The notes under the pieces were generated by a model that had not been told where the DNA came from, did not search any database, and saw only the letters and a list, made by a program, of their open reading frames with translations. A program made the translations under genes and the position numbers. A stretch of DNA of 64,000 bases from Escherichia phage E26. Numbering within the stretch: position 1 is the first letter of the stretch; every line of letters starts with the position of its first letter. The stretch lies in the sequence record MN655998.1; one strand, given 5' to 3'. Positions 11,445-23,891 of this stretch are shown in pieces.

Positions 11445-11470
11445 AAGCCGTCCTTGTGGGCGGCTTTTTT
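11445..11470 (+). terminator. rho-independent terminator after the methyltransferase gene
   Basis: AAGCCG / CGGCTT stem followed by TTTTTT. Confidence 0.6.
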
Positions 11471-11480
11471 GTATGTATTT

Positions 11481-11488
11481 TATAAATA
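11481..11488 (+). promoter_or_regulatory. T4-type late promoter box (TATAAATA) for gene 9
   Basis: exact TATAAATA 27 nt upstream of the gp9 ATG. Confidence 0.6.
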
Positions 11489-11515
11489 ATACATCATAAC
11501 ATGAGGAATTAAACA

Positions 11516-12370
11516 ATGGCACAAGTTCCAAAGAAAAGAATAGACACCGGTACTGTCGGCAATCCATCGACTGGCGATATCTTATATGATGGCGGCAATA
11601 AAATTAACGATAACTTTGATTCAATATATGACGCATTTGCTGATCAGCGGTTTAAAGACGTAGACCACGGTGTGGGAAGAATGGTTATTCATGCAACCGG
11701 ATACTATCAGAAGCATCCACGTCAAAGCTACGCGGGTTCCGCTGTTGAGATTGGGAGTCTACACGATATCGATACAACTCAAGGCGCACTTATTGCTATT
11801 CTACCTAAAGCAAAGGTCGGCGAGGGTGTTGTATTCATAAATAGTAACGGTAGCCTTTCAACGACGACACCGCTCAATATTCGAACTCAAGCAGGTGATT
11901 CTATTAGCGGTTATTCCGGTGATGCTACAATAACACAACCATTTTCAAAAGTCACTGTTTGGTGTACTGCCGTTGAAGGTAGTCGCGTAACGTGGCGATT
12001 GGGTATCGAAAGTATGTTTACCGATACAACAACGCCATTAGATAAAACAGTTAACGTAACTGGAGTAGCAACAAACGTTGCTATTGCCGCAAAAACAGAA
12101 TACGTTTCCATCAAATTATTAACTACCGCTAGCAATACATCCGGTTCAAAAATGCGTTCAAGTGAAACGCTACTGATGATTGATTCTAAAGCCGGAAAAG
12201 TTTATGCGACGGAATATGCAGTTTTGCAGAAGACAGAAGATGAACTATACATGGTTCGTTATTTCATCGGTTCCGGCGATAAAGTATATGCAGAGTATAA
12301 GGCTACTGGCGAAAATATTCGTTTAGCAGTTAAAGCCGTAGACACTATTAAAATCGGGGTTGCTACATGA
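11516..12370 (+). CDS. 9: baseplate wedge / long tail fiber socket protein gp9
   Basis: 284 aa; N-terminal GDILYDGGNKIN motif as in T4 gp9. Confidence 0.85.
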   Translation: MAQVPKKRIDTGTVGNPSTGDILYDGGNKINDNFDSIYDAFADQRFKDVDHGVGRMVIHATGYYQKHPRQSYAGSAVEIGSLHDIDTTQGALIAILPKAKVGEGVVFINSNGSLSTTTPLNIRTQAGDSISGYSGDATITQPFSKVTVWCTAVEGSRVTWRLGIESMFTDTTTPLDKTVNVTGVATNVAIAAKTEYVSIKLLTTASNTSGSKMRSSETLLMIDSKAGKVYATEYAVLQKTEDELYMVRYFIGSGDKVYAEYKATGENIRLAVKAVDTIKIGVAT

Positions 12371-14169
12371 AACAATTAATTAATATCGGTAACGTTGTTG
12401 ATGACGGTACAGGTGATTATTTAAGAAAAGGTGGTCAAAAGATTAATGACAACTTTTCTGAACTTTATACTAAGCTGGGGGATGGTGATATCCCTCATGC
12501 ATCCGGCGCGTGGAAAACTCACACACAACCAGTATTAAAACCAAATTTTGGTGATGCATGGGCGATTAATACAACGAACAACTCTGTTTCTGTTGAATTG
12601 CCTAAAGGAAGCGCGAGTGATTACAATAAAACAATTAAACTTCGTGATGTTTGGCGCTCATGGGCTGCACATAACGTAACATTGAAGCCAGCACAAGGTG
12701 ATACCATTAAGGGATCTCCAATCGACCGTGAGTTGTATAAAGATTTCATGGATGTTGAATTGGTTTATTGTGCTCCTGGACGTTGGGAATATGTCGAAAA
12801 TAAACGAGTAGATACTATCACCACTTCCGATTTAAGCACAGTCGCCAAAGAAGTTTATATTGCAACCGAAGGACAAACAGACTTCCCCAATGTGTTTGGT
12901 TCCAATACTTACAATATTCGAAATGTTGAAGTGTATTATCGCGGTAACTTGCTTTATTATGGCAAGGATTTAACCGATGATTCTAACTATGGTTCAATCG
13001 GTGAAAACGGTGATATTGTTCCGCTGGACGGTAAAAGCATTAAATTACGCTTCCCTTGTTCGGCGGGTGATACCATTCAAATCATAACTTATATGGACGG
13101 TATCGCATCCTTCCGGTCAAGCTATATTACTCATACAATCCGCGTTTATGAAACAGGAATGACCACTTTGGAATCCATCCCTGGTGAAGTTTGGGTTGGT
13201 GAACTAGCTAATAAGAAAGAATTTACTAATGCTGAATTAGGCGTAAGTAAGCGAGATCTTATTAATCCAAATTCATTTGAATTGCTAATCAACGGCACAC
13301 AAATGATTAAAGCGGGTGATGCGGATTTACCTTCCTTTATTTGTGAAGGCGCTGACGGTGAAACGGAAGAAACCTGCGTACTTGCTGGCGGTCAATGGGT
13401 GGAATCTGGGGAAGATTATTCATTGATGTTCGACGAAAACAGCGTGGTGACTGGTATTAAATTATCTAAAGCACTAGATAACCGAGATACTATCACAATT
13501 CGCTGGTTTAATAATGATATCGGAACATTAATGGAATGGGACGGTGTAGGCGGTATTAAAGAAAAAGCAGATAAAATCTATCTTAATAACGAAGATGAAG
13601 TTACTCTGACAAATCGAATTGAATATACCGATTTCCAGAATCCAAGCCAAGCAACTAAACGCCCAATGGAAGATTATACAGGTCGTGTGATGGATATCTA
13701 TTCCATATTCGATATTTTCTATCCTATAGGCACAATTTATGAAAATGCGCATAACCCAGCTAACCCAGCGACCTATATGGGATTTGGTACATGGGTACGG
13801 TATGCGGAAGGTGAATTTTTGGTTGGTTGGTCATCCGATGCAAGCGATCAAAACTTCGCACTAAACAATAACGATCTTGATACACATGGTCAACCTACAC
13901 ACACCGCAGGTGGTAACGGTGGTGATGTTGCATATCAGATCAAGAAAAATATGATTCCTGAATTACAGAGCAGCGATCGAGTTCTTGTAAAAGATGATAA
14001 CGGAAATATTATTATCGGTGGTTGTCAGGTAGATCCTGATGCAGTAGGTCCAGCGTTTACCAAATATCGCGAAGATAATGTTAAAGTTAATCAGGGAAAT
14101 ACTGACCCATCAATGATGGGTATTCTTCCTCCATACAGAACTGTCTATCGTTGGCTAAGGGTAGGTTAA
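12367..14169 (+). CDS. 10: baseplate wedge protein gp10
   Basis: 600 aa; N-terminus IGNVVDDGTGDYLRKGG matches T4 gp10. Confidence 0.9.
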   Translation: MKQLINIGNVVDDGTGDYLRKGGQKINDNFSELYTKLGDGDIPHASGAWKTHTQPVLKPNFGDAWAINTTNNSVSVELPKGSASDYNKTIKLRDVWRSWAAHNVTLKPAQGDTIKGSPIDRELYKDFMDVELVYCAPGRWEYVENKRVDTITTSDLSTVAKEVYIATEGQTDFPNVFGSNTYNIRNVEVYYRGNLLYYGKDLTDDSNYGSIGENGDIVPLDGKSIKLRFPCSAGDTIQIITYMDGIASFRSSYITHTIRVYETGMTTLESIPGEVWVGELANKKEFTNAELGVSKRDLINPNSFELLINGTQMIKAGDADLPSFICEGADGETEETCVLAGGQWVESGEDYSLMFDENSVVTGIKLSKALDNRDTITIRWFNNDIGTLMEWDGVGGIKEKADKIYLNNEDEVTLTNRIEYTDFQNPSQATKRPMEDYTGRVMDIYSIFDIFYPIGTIYENAHNPANPATYMGFGTWVRYAEGEFLVGWSSDASDQNFALNNNDLDTHGQPTHTAGGNGGDVAYQIKKNMIPELQSSDRVLVKDDNGNIIIGGCQVDPDAVGPAFTKYREDNVKVNQGNTDPSMMGILPPYRTVYRWLRVG

Positions 14170-14170
14170 T

Positions 14171-14815
14171 ATGATTTCGAAAACACGTTCAAAAGCTAGT
14201 GTATTTTCCAGCGATGCGGCGTTTATTTCATACGATCCAGGATCGAAAGATCCTGTTATCGGTGGTTCTCGTCCAATTGGTGGCGTTAATGTCGATCAAT
14301 CAAGAAAAGGTTCCTATGTGAGCAACGTTCAATCTGCAATTGATGACCTTTATTCATTGTCAATGATCCGAATTGGTGATGTGTTGGTTACAACCAACTC
14401 AACTCCACCACAAGCCGCAGGACAGATTGAAACTCTGTCATTTTCTGGTTCTGTTAACAATCAGCATAATCCAGACGCAAACAAAGTATTAATTGATGTT
14501 TTGGGTTATCCATTTATTGTTGATGTTGGGTCTTCCGGCGTTTCTCTATGTGAGAAAGTAACGGAAAAATTTACCGAACTAATGAATAAAAACATTATGT
14601 TCAAAGAAGTAAAAAGAAAAGGAAGTAGCAACGACCAATTAGAAATTCATTATATCGATTCTCTTGAACATCCACCAACCGATATTAACAAGTACGGAAT
14701 TACAATCACAGGAAATGTTGATTCTCCTGCTCGTGTTGGTTATGGTTCATGGTCTCGAATGGGTACAGAAGAGAAATTTGGAACTACCCTATATTATTTC
14801 AAACGTATTGCATAA
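14171..14815 (+). CDS. 11: baseplate wedge protein gp11
   Basis: 214 aa between gp10 and gp12, as T4 gp11. Confidence 0.8.
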   Translation: MISKTRSKASVFSSDAAFISYDPGSKDPVIGGSRPIGGVNVDQSRKGSYVSNVQSAIDDLYSLSMIRIGDVLVTTNSTPPQAAGQIETLSFSGSVNNQHNPDANKVLIDVLGYPFIVDVGSSGVSLCEKVTEKFTELMNKNIMFKEVKRKGSSNDQLEIHYIDSLEHPPTDINKYGITITGNVDSPARVGYGSWSRMGTEEKFGTTLYYFKRIA

Positions 14816-14826
14816 GGTGATGTATA

Positions 14827-16227
14827 ATGGCAAACAATACTATTAACCATGTAAAAGACGATGCTCAATACGTCAAGTTTAACCCTGTAAATGATTGGCC
14901 TCAAAGCATTACCAACGTACAAGCGGCTTTAGCCGCTATTAATGGCTTTGCCGTAAATGGATTACCGGACGCTACGGAAGATACAGCCGGGATCGCTGCA
15001 ATCGCAACTCAGGAAGAAGTAAACGACGGGACAGTAGACAATAAGATCGTGACTCCAAAAACACTGGCTGTTAAAATGTCACGTCCAGATGCCACAAAAG
15101 AAGTAAAAGGCATTACCCGATTTGCCACGATGGAAGAATCGCTGCAAGAGAGCAACGAGAACATAGCAATCGGTCCAGACACACTAAACCATTACTTCAC
15201 CACTAAAAAGGCGTCAGAGAGCGTTCAGGGGACTATTAAGATATGTTCTCTTGAGGCGGCAAAGATTGGCAGTGATGACACAATGGCAGTAACACCGAAA
15301 AAGATGCACACTGCCATTGCACAGATTGTACCTGGATTAATTCCAGATCAAAACACAGCAACCGAAAGCGCACAGGGTTTAGTTCAGTTAGCAACCAATG
15401 CGCAAGTTTTACAAGGCCAGATTCGAGAAGGTTTTGCAATTAGTCCTTATGCATTTGCAAATGCTCGCGCCAATGAGAATCAGGCGGGTACTGTTAAGAT
15501 CGCCAGTCAGTCACAGATGAATGCTGGTTCAGATGATACTGTAGTTGTTTCTGCTAAGAAGTTTGCAAGCACTAAGGCAACAACGTCTCAATACGGTATT
15601 GTTAAACTACGAGACACCGTGGGAAGTGAGGCTAACGCTGCACTATCAGCAAATGCTAAGGTTCTTCCTAGCACTGGCGGTACGGTAAGCGGAAACGTCT
15701 ATAAAGGTTCAAACTCAGACGGCAACCAGTTTGTTACTAAAAATGAATTAGCGAATCACGCAATGCCAATTGGTGGTATTATCCTTTCTGGATTCAATGC
15801 CGATCGAGGTGACTTTCTGATCTGTAATGGTCGTTCGCTGAATAAAAATCAATATCCGCAATTATTTTCTGCGATTGGTTATACCTTTGGTGGTTCAGGT
15901 GACAATTTTAACATTCCTGATATGCGCGGTTTAGTTGCTCGTGGTTGCGATCATGGAAGAAACCTTGATCCAGGTCGTCGATTTGGTTCTTATCAAGAAG
16001 ACGCAATGCAGAGAATTACTGGTAAATTCCCTGTAGCTGACCGCTGGCGCGGTTGGTATGGTGGAGCATTTACTGCACAGCGCGGTCAATGGAGCACGAA
16101 CTATAAAAACGGTGGTGGTGATGATTGGGGTACTACTGTTAACTTTGACTCAGGAAGATCCGTAAGAACGGCTAACGAGACTCGCGTCAAGAGTCTGGCA
16201 TTAAACTATATCATAAGGGTGCGCTAA
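14827..16227 (+). CDS. 12: short tail fiber protein gp12
   Basis: 466 aa; repeated G(T)VKI..(G/A)SDDT..V..KK N-terminal repeats and C-terminal LNYIIRV as in T4 gp12. Confidence 0.9.
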   Translation: MANNTINHVKDDAQYVKFNPVNDWPQSITNVQAALAAINGFAVNGLPDATEDTAGIAAIATQEEVNDGTVDNKIVTPKTLAVKMSRPDATKEVKGITRFATMEESLQESNENIAIGPDTLNHYFTTKKASESVQGTIKICSLEAAKIGSDDTMAVTPKKMHTAIAQIVPGLIPDQNTATESAQGLVQLATNAQVLQGQIREGFAISPYAFANARANENQAGTVKIASQSQMNAGSDDTVVVSAKKFASTKATTSQYGIVKLRDTVGSEANAALSANAKVLPSTGGTVSGNVYKGSNSDGNQFVTKNELANHAMPIGGIILSGFNADRGDFLICNGRSLNKNQYPQLFSAIGYTFGGSGDNFNIPDMRGLVARGCDHGRNLDPGRRFGSYQEDAMQRITGKFPVADRWRGWYGGAFTAQRGQWSTNYKNGGGDDWGTTVNFDSGRSVRTANETRVKSLALNYIIRVR

Positions 16228-17996
16228 TGATTGAACAATTAAACATCCACGAGATCCCACATGTTGACGGTGTACCAAGCGAAGGACAGCACCGTATTAA
16301 CTGGATCAAGAATGGCGAATGTTTAAGCGCAGCAACGACACAGACTGGCAATGACGGGACGCTTAACCGCGCCCCTGTTGCAATTCAAGAAAACGTTGCA
16401 CGCGTAAACGAAAACGCAAAATCAACCGTCGCTAAAGTTAACGAGGTTGTAACGGCGGTTAACGATATTAAAACAACTTTAGGGGTAATTTCTGACGGAA
16501 GTATCATTGATGTGGTTAACCAGACTGTCGCAAAAGTTGAATCCGTCGAAGAGAACTTAGGAGAAACAGCAAGAACTCTGCAAACAACGGTAGACGCTGT
16601 GTCAGAACTTAACATCAAGATTGGTGATCGCCCCGCTGCCGATCCGAGCACAAGAACAATCTATGATGACATTTCTTTCATCAAACAAGAAATGGGTTCT
16701 TATCCTAACTTTAATATCAATGGTTCCCCTGATGCTGGCAGTTCCGGTTCTGGCATCAAATACCGAGTTATTCAGAATACCGCAGCATTAAATGACCACG
16801 GTCGCCGAATCGTTCAGCTTGAAAACGACTGGCAAGATTCTGACGTAGGCGAGTTAACAAGACAAGTTAACAAAATGCGCAGTGAGATCGGAGACACGTC
16901 TCTTGCCACACAAGAAAATGTGTATGTTCGTCTCCGCACCAACGCAAGAAACATTGCTAACTTATCAAACGAAGTTCTAGAAGTCAAGAAAGCAATTTTG
17001 TTTGATTCAATCCCTGATATCGGGACTAAAGTCACTACGCTGGGAACTAATTATGAACGTCTAAACAATGATGTTAATGGTGTAGATTCCGGTATTCGTC
17101 CTCGTCTTCTGGCTGTCGAGAATAAGATCGGAACGCCTCAATCGGCTGGAAGCATTGATTATCGATTAACCAACACAGAGCGAGAATTTTTAGATCTTAA
17201 ACAGGTTGTTGGTGTAAGCGGTGCTGACGGTTTGCGCGGTGAAGTTGTTCGACTTTCCAATGAGATTGGCACTGACAGCGATCGACATACTCTAGCCGGA
17301 CGTATTAAAGTTGTAGAAAACACTCAGGGTCGGTTAGAAGCAAGCGTACAGGACATGGAACAGATTGTAGGTGATCGCGAATCAGGTTTGACCGCTGGCG
17401 TTATTAAACTATCAAGTGATATCTATGGCGATGATGGTTCAGAAGATCCATTTACTCAGAAAGGCGTGATTAAAATCGTCAAAGAGCTACAAACATCTAA
17501 CGGAAACAAAGTAGATGATGTACCTGATGACGGTTTTCATTATCTGCGTAAGCACGGCGAATGGGTGCAAGTTGCATATGCTGCTGGAGCATTTAAAAAT
17601 ACCGCAGATATTACGGTTGAACTTGACGAACAGGATGTTTATAAACCGATTCCGCTAAACGATATGACCGAAGAAGTTCCTGCGCGTGGAATGGTTAAGA
17701 GCGAATCTCTTGTTACGGTTAACGACAAAGGCTTATTCCGTTGTGATTTCCGTTGTTCTGTAAATGCGGCACATAACGCTACTTTCGTAGTCGGTATTGC
17801 TAAAAATGGTCTGATTGTACATGAGGTACGAAATGGTCATTATGGAGCTGATGATTTAATTAGCTATTCTACCAGTGCTTTCCTAAATATTGAAAAGGGC
17901 GACCGGATCGATATTCGCATTAAGGGCGTATCCGAAGAAGCATTAGCGCAACAGCTACAAATTAAAGAGTTCCTCTTTGGGATTTCTCCGGTATAA
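16227..17996 (+). CDS. wac: fibritin (whisker) with internal foldon-like motif and extra C-terminal domain
   Basis: 589 aa; N-terminus PHVDGVPSEGQHRINWIKNGE as T4 Wac; foldon-like FHYLRKHGEWVQV is followed by about 140 further residues. Confidence 0.85.
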   Translation: MIEQLNIHEIPHVDGVPSEGQHRINWIKNGECLSAATTQTGNDGTLNRAPVAIQENVARVNENAKSTVAKVNEVVTAVNDIKTTLGVISDGSIIDVVNQTVAKVESVEENLGETARTLQTTVDAVSELNIKIGDRPAADPSTRTIYDDISFIKQEMGSYPNFNINGSPDAGSSGSGIKYRVIQNTAALNDHGRRIVQLENDWQDSDVGELTRQVNKMRSEIGDTSLATQENVYVRLRTNARNIANLSNEVLEVKKAILFDSIPDIGTKVTTLGTNYERLNNDVNGVDSGIRPRLLAVENKIGTPQSAGSIDYRLTNTEREFLDLKQVVGVSGADGLRGEVVRLSNEIGTDSDRHTLAGRIKVVENTQGRLEASVQDMEQIVGDRESGLTAGVIKLSSDIYGDDGSEDPFTQKGVIKIVKELQTSNGNKVDDVPDDGFHYLRKHGEWVQVAYAAGAFKNTADITVELDEQDVYKPIPLNDMTEEVPARGMVKSESLVTVNDKGLFRCDFRCSVNAAHNATFVVGIAKNGLIVHEVRNGHYGADDLISYSTSAFLNIEKGDRIDIRIKGVSEEALAQQLQIKEFLFGISPV

Positions 17997-18004
17997 GAAA
18001 TTAA

Positions 18005-18025
18005 AGGGGCGTTAAGCCCCTTTTT
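18005..18025 (+). terminator. rho-independent terminator after wac
   Basis: GGGGC-GTTAA-GCCCC hairpin followed by TTTTT. Confidence 0.7.
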
Positions 18026-18042
18026 CGTTTATAGGTGATATT

Positions 18043-18975
18043 ATGTCAGGATATGTAACCAATAACCCAAGAGAATTAAAAGACGCTATTCTGCGTCGTT
18101 TAGGCGCACCAGTAATTAACGTAGAAGTAACAGAAGACCAGATTTACGATTGTATTCAGAGAGCATTAGAACTCTATGGGGAATATCATTTCGATGGTGT
18201 GAATAAAGGATATAAAGTATTTCGTGTCAGTGCAGAGCAAGCGCAACATGGGGTATTTGATTTAAGCGATTCTGGAGTATTCGCAGTAACTAAAATAATT
18301 AGAACAAACGTAGGTAGCGCGGCTACGATGGATGGCACTGCCGTTTATCCGTGGTTTACTGACTTTCTGTTGGGTTTAGCGGGTGTAAATGGCGGTTTAG
18401 GATCTGGCTGTAGTAAATTTTATGGACCAAATGCAATGGGCGGTGATCTGGGATATTTCGAACAGCTTATGAGCTATCGAGCCACTATGCAAAATATGCT
18501 TAATCCGCTGCCAGATTATTGGTATAATAGCGCAAACGGACAACTTAAGATCACAGGAAACTTCCGAGAAGGCGATCTCATTGTTGTTGAATTGTATGTT
18601 AAAAGTTATGTTGATGTACCGGACATGATGGGGGCGGTTGCTGGTTATGCTCATGCGGGAGGATGTTCTACCGCTGGCGGGATTAGCGCCGTTTATGATA
18701 ATCCAACCGCCGGATTGAGCGGTATTGTTGCTGGCATGGGTCCGATCAGCGAGAACAAACAGGGCGCATATAATAACCGCTGGGTTAAAGACTGCGCGAC
18801 CGCGTTTACTCGTGAGCTATGGGGGCAGATCTTAGCTAAACATCAAGGGTTGCAATTACCAGGTGGTGTAACAGTTGATGGTGTCAGAATCATCGAAGAA
18901 GCACGCGCGGATATTGAGAAATTACGACAAGAATTGGAATTACTAGACCCACCGTTTGGGATCATTATGGTTTAA
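18043..18975 (+). CDS. 13: neck protein gp13
   Basis: 310 aa; T4 gp13-like ([29 protein letters not shown]). Confidence 0.88.
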   Translation: MSGYVTNNPRELKDAILRRLGAPVINVEVTEDQIYDCIQRALELYGEYHFDGVNKGYKVFRVSAEQAQHGVFDLSDSGVFAVTKIIRTNVGSAATMDGTAVYPWFTDFLLGLAGVNGGLGSGCSKFYGPNAMGGDLGYFEQLMSYRATMQNMLNPLPDYWYNSANGQLKITGNFREGDLIVVELYVKSYVDVPDMMGAVAGYAHAGGCSTAGGISAVYDNPTAGLSGIVAGMGPISENKQGAYNNRWVKDCATAFTRELWGQILAKHQGLQLPGGVTVDGVRIIEEARADIEKLRQELELLDPPFGIIMV

Positions 18976-19036
18976 TGTTTACAATCCGTTCTCGTTTATG
19001 TATAATCAAGGCGAGAACGGATATAGGAGTTTAACA

Positions 19037-19933
19037 ATGAATCATTATGTGTATAAAATAACCAACAAATTAAATGGTAAAATCTATATCGGCGTCCGTA
19101 GCTGTGATTGCGATATCGACAAAGATCCTTATATGGGTAGTGGGGTATTAATTAAAAAAGCTATCCATACTCATGGAGTTGAAAATTTTCACAAAGAAAT
19201 TCTCGAAACATTTGAAACAAGAGAAGAAGCTAATCAAGAAGAAGCCAGATTAGTGACACTAGATTTTGTTAACCGACAAGACACATACAATCTAATTGAA
19301 GGTGGTCTGGGTGGTTGCTACTGGAATACATTTTCAGAAGAAAAAAAGGAAGAGATCAAGAACAAATTAAGACAACATAAACCAGATCCAGAACAATTAA
19401 GAAAATTACATGAATCAAATAGAGGCGTTCCGCGTTCGGAAGAGACTAAATTGAAAGTTAGCCGAGCAAATAAAGGAAGAATCCACACGGAGCAGTCAAG
19501 AAAAAACATGTCCGAAGGGCGAAAAGGTATGGTGTTTTCAGAAGAACACAGAAAAAATATATCAAAAGCAAATGTAGGACGTGTACATTCTCCAGAAACA
19601 TTGGAAAAAATAAGATTAGGGAATTTAGGAAAAAAATTAAAACCAGAAACAATAGAAAAACTAAGAGAGGTTGCCAAGAATCGTCCTCCTGTCTCAGAAG
19701 AAACAAGAAGAAAACTATCAGAGGCAGCAAAGAAACAAATAAGAAACTTCGGGGATAAAATAAGTAAAGGGAAAATAGATAAACCTATATCAACGAGCAA
19801 AACAGTGTATGCGGAAGGTGTTGAATATCCTTCTGTTAGTGTTTGTGCAAGGGCATATGGGATTTCAAACACATCAATATTGAAGAGAATTAATTCAACG
19901 TCAGAAAAATGGAAGGAGTTTTATTATGTTTGA
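19037..19933 (+). CDS. GIY-YIG homing endonuclease (Seg-like)
   Basis: 298 aa from ATG with AGGAG RBS; GIY-YIG core [14 protein letters not shown]; repeated NUMOD3-like basic motifs; C-terminal HTH-like tail. ORF-track start at 18956 rejected (inside gp13). Confidence 0.8.
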   Translation: MNHYVYKITNKLNGKIYIGVRSCDCDIDKDPYMGSGVLIKKAIHTHGVENFHKEILETFETREEANQEEARLVTLDFVNRQDTYNLIEGGLGGCYWNTFSEEKKEEIKNKLRQHKPDPEQLRKLHESNRGVPRSEETKLKVSRANKGRIHTEQSRKNMSEGRKGMVFSEEHRKNISKANVGRVHSPETLEKIRLGNLGKKLKPETIEKLREVAKNRPPVSEETRRKLSEAAKKQIRNFGDKISKGKIDKPISTSKTVYAEGVEYPSVSVCARAYGISNTSILKRINSTSEKWKEFYYV

Positions 19934-20666
19934 TAATACCCTATTTGCTCGCCTTGAATCGCAAAAGGATTATGAGAATACACGACAATCAGAGATTCTT
20001 AATCCTTATGTGAACTTTCACAAATATACAAATACTCAGACGTTAGCCGACGTTATGGTCGCCGAAGCTATTCAGATGCGAGGTGTAGAATTATATTACA
20101 TCCCTCGTGAATTTGTCAAACCAGACATGATCTTTGGCGAGGATGTTCAAAGCAAATTTACTAAAGCATGGAAATTTGCTGCTTATATTAACTCATTTGA
20201 TGGGTATGAAGGCGCGGGTAATTTCTTCTCTAGTTTCGGTTATCAAGCCAATGATGAACTAACTTTTACGGTTAATCCTAACCTATTCAAACATCAAGTA
20301 GATGATCAAGAGCCAAAATCAGGTGACTTGATTTATATTCCAATGAGTAATGATTTATTTGAAATCAATTACGTCGAGCCATATCAGCCGTTTTTTCAGG
20401 CTGGCAAAAATGCCATGCGTAAAATTATTGCAGAGAAATTCGTATATAGCGGCGAGGAATTGCGACCAGAATTACAACGCAATGAGGGAATTAATGTTGA
20501 TGAGTTTGCGGATCTGGATCTTGCACCGATCACTAATCTGGACGGGTTAACAGATATCAACTTAGATCAGTACAAAGAAGATAAGCAATTCAGAAGCGAA
20601 GGACAAGATTTTATTGATCCGTTTGATCCTATTAATGGCAAGGGTTCACCTTTCGCCGATTTTTGA
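19926..20666 (+). CDS. 14: neck protein gp14
   Basis: 246 aa; position and size as T4 gp14. Confidence 0.8.
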   Translation: MFDNTLFARLESQKDYENTRQSEILNPYVNFHKYTNTQTLADVMVAEAIQMRGVELYYIPREFVKPDMIFGEDVQSKFTKAWKFAAYINSFDGYEGAGNFFSSFGYQANDELTFTVNPNLFKHQVDDQEPKSGDLIYIPMSNDLFEINYVEPYQPFFQAGKNAMRKIIAEKFVYSGEELRPELQRNEGINVDEFADLDLAPITNLDGLTDINLDQYKEDKQFRSEGQDFIDPFDPINGKGSPFADF

Positions 20667-20692
20667 TAAATACTCATAAACAAGGGGGTCAA

Positions 20693-21526
20693 ATGTTCGG
20701 TTGGCACTATAATTCGTCAATTAGAAGGTATATTGTATTGCTGGGTAATTTATTCTCCGGCGTACAAATTAAAAGGGTGCGTAGTGACGGTGAGCGGTTT
20801 ATTAAAGTTCCTATCACCTACGCAAAGAAAGAAAAATTCATGATGAGTCTGGACAAATATAACAATATCTCAAGCGAGGAAGACGTAGCAAAGGTAGAAA
20901 CTATTTTACCGCGTATGTGTCTTTCTTTGATTGATATGACATACGCCCAGAACTTTAAAACAAATATTGCAAATAAGACAGTACCAAAATATACGGCTGA
21001 TGGAATCAGGAGCGTAACACAATATAATCCTGTACCATATAAGTTTACTTTCGAGTTAGGGATTTATACGCGTAACGAAGATGATATGTTTCAGATAATT
21101 GAACAGATTCTTCCTTACTTCCAGCCTCATTTTAACTGCAAGATTAAAGAACTACACGGTAATGATGTATGGATTGACCGAGATATTCAGGTCACAATTA
21201 GTTCTATTACTCCAGATGAACAGGTAGGCGAAGATAAGTTTTCTCGTCGTCGTCTTGAGTGGACCATTATGTTCGAATTTATCGGGTTTATATATCCTCC
21301 AGCTACCGACGTTAAGGGGGAAATTAGAACGATTTATCTTGATTTTCATGCCAATTCTCGTGAATTGAATCCTAGCGGTAATTTTGAATCAGTGGACCAC
21401 GAGGTCGTTAAACGTGACGTCGAGCAAGAAGATTGGGACGGAACAATCAAAGAATCATATTCTAGTGATATTCCAATACCAGTTGCACCAACTCCACCGG
21501 GTCCACGTATTGTAAGAGAATTTTAA
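20693..21526 (+). CDS. 15: tail sheath stabiliser / tail completion protein gp15
   Basis: ATG with AAGGGGG RBS; MFGWHYNSS..RR start and PYFQPHFN motif resemble T4 gp15; ORF-track start at 20663 is a TTG extension. Confidence 0.85.
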   Translation: MFGWHYNSSIRRYIVLLGNLFSGVQIKRVRSDGERFIKVPITYAKKEKFMMSLDKYNNISSEEDVAKVETILPRMCLSLIDMTYAQNFKTNIANKTVPKYTADGIRSVTQYNPVPYKFTFELGIYTRNEDDMFQIIEQILPYFQPHFNCKIKELHGNDVWIDRDIQVTISSITPDEQVGEDKFSRRRLEWTIMFEFIGFIYPPATDVKGEIRTIYLDFHANSRELNPSGNFESVDHEVVKRDVEQEDWDGTIKESYSSDIPIPVAPTPPGPRIVREF

Positions 21527-21539
21527 GAGGTATTTTATT

Positions 21540-23860
<2,321 letters not shown>

Positions 23861-23891
23861 CGATAATGCATAAAAAGATGAGGAAATTCTA

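Noticed and set aside
18956-19036. ORF-track N-terminal extension of the GIY-YIG gene into gp13
   Set aside because: The extension overlaps the gp13 3' end; the first ATG with an AGGAG RBS is at 19037 and begins the GIY-YIG motif.
19318-19872. 184-aa and 90-aa ORFs on the - strand inside the GIY-YIG gene region
   Set aside because: Antisense to the lysine-rich NUMOD repeat region (A-rich codons give open frames on the opposite strand).
20663-20692. ORF-track N-terminal extensions from TTG/GTG codons (gp15 at 20663, gp25 at 41233, uvsW at 38322, DUF262 at 52676, ligase at 61391)
   Set aside because: In each case an in-frame ATG with a Shine-Dalgarno lies a few codons downstream and matches the expected T4-like N-terminus.
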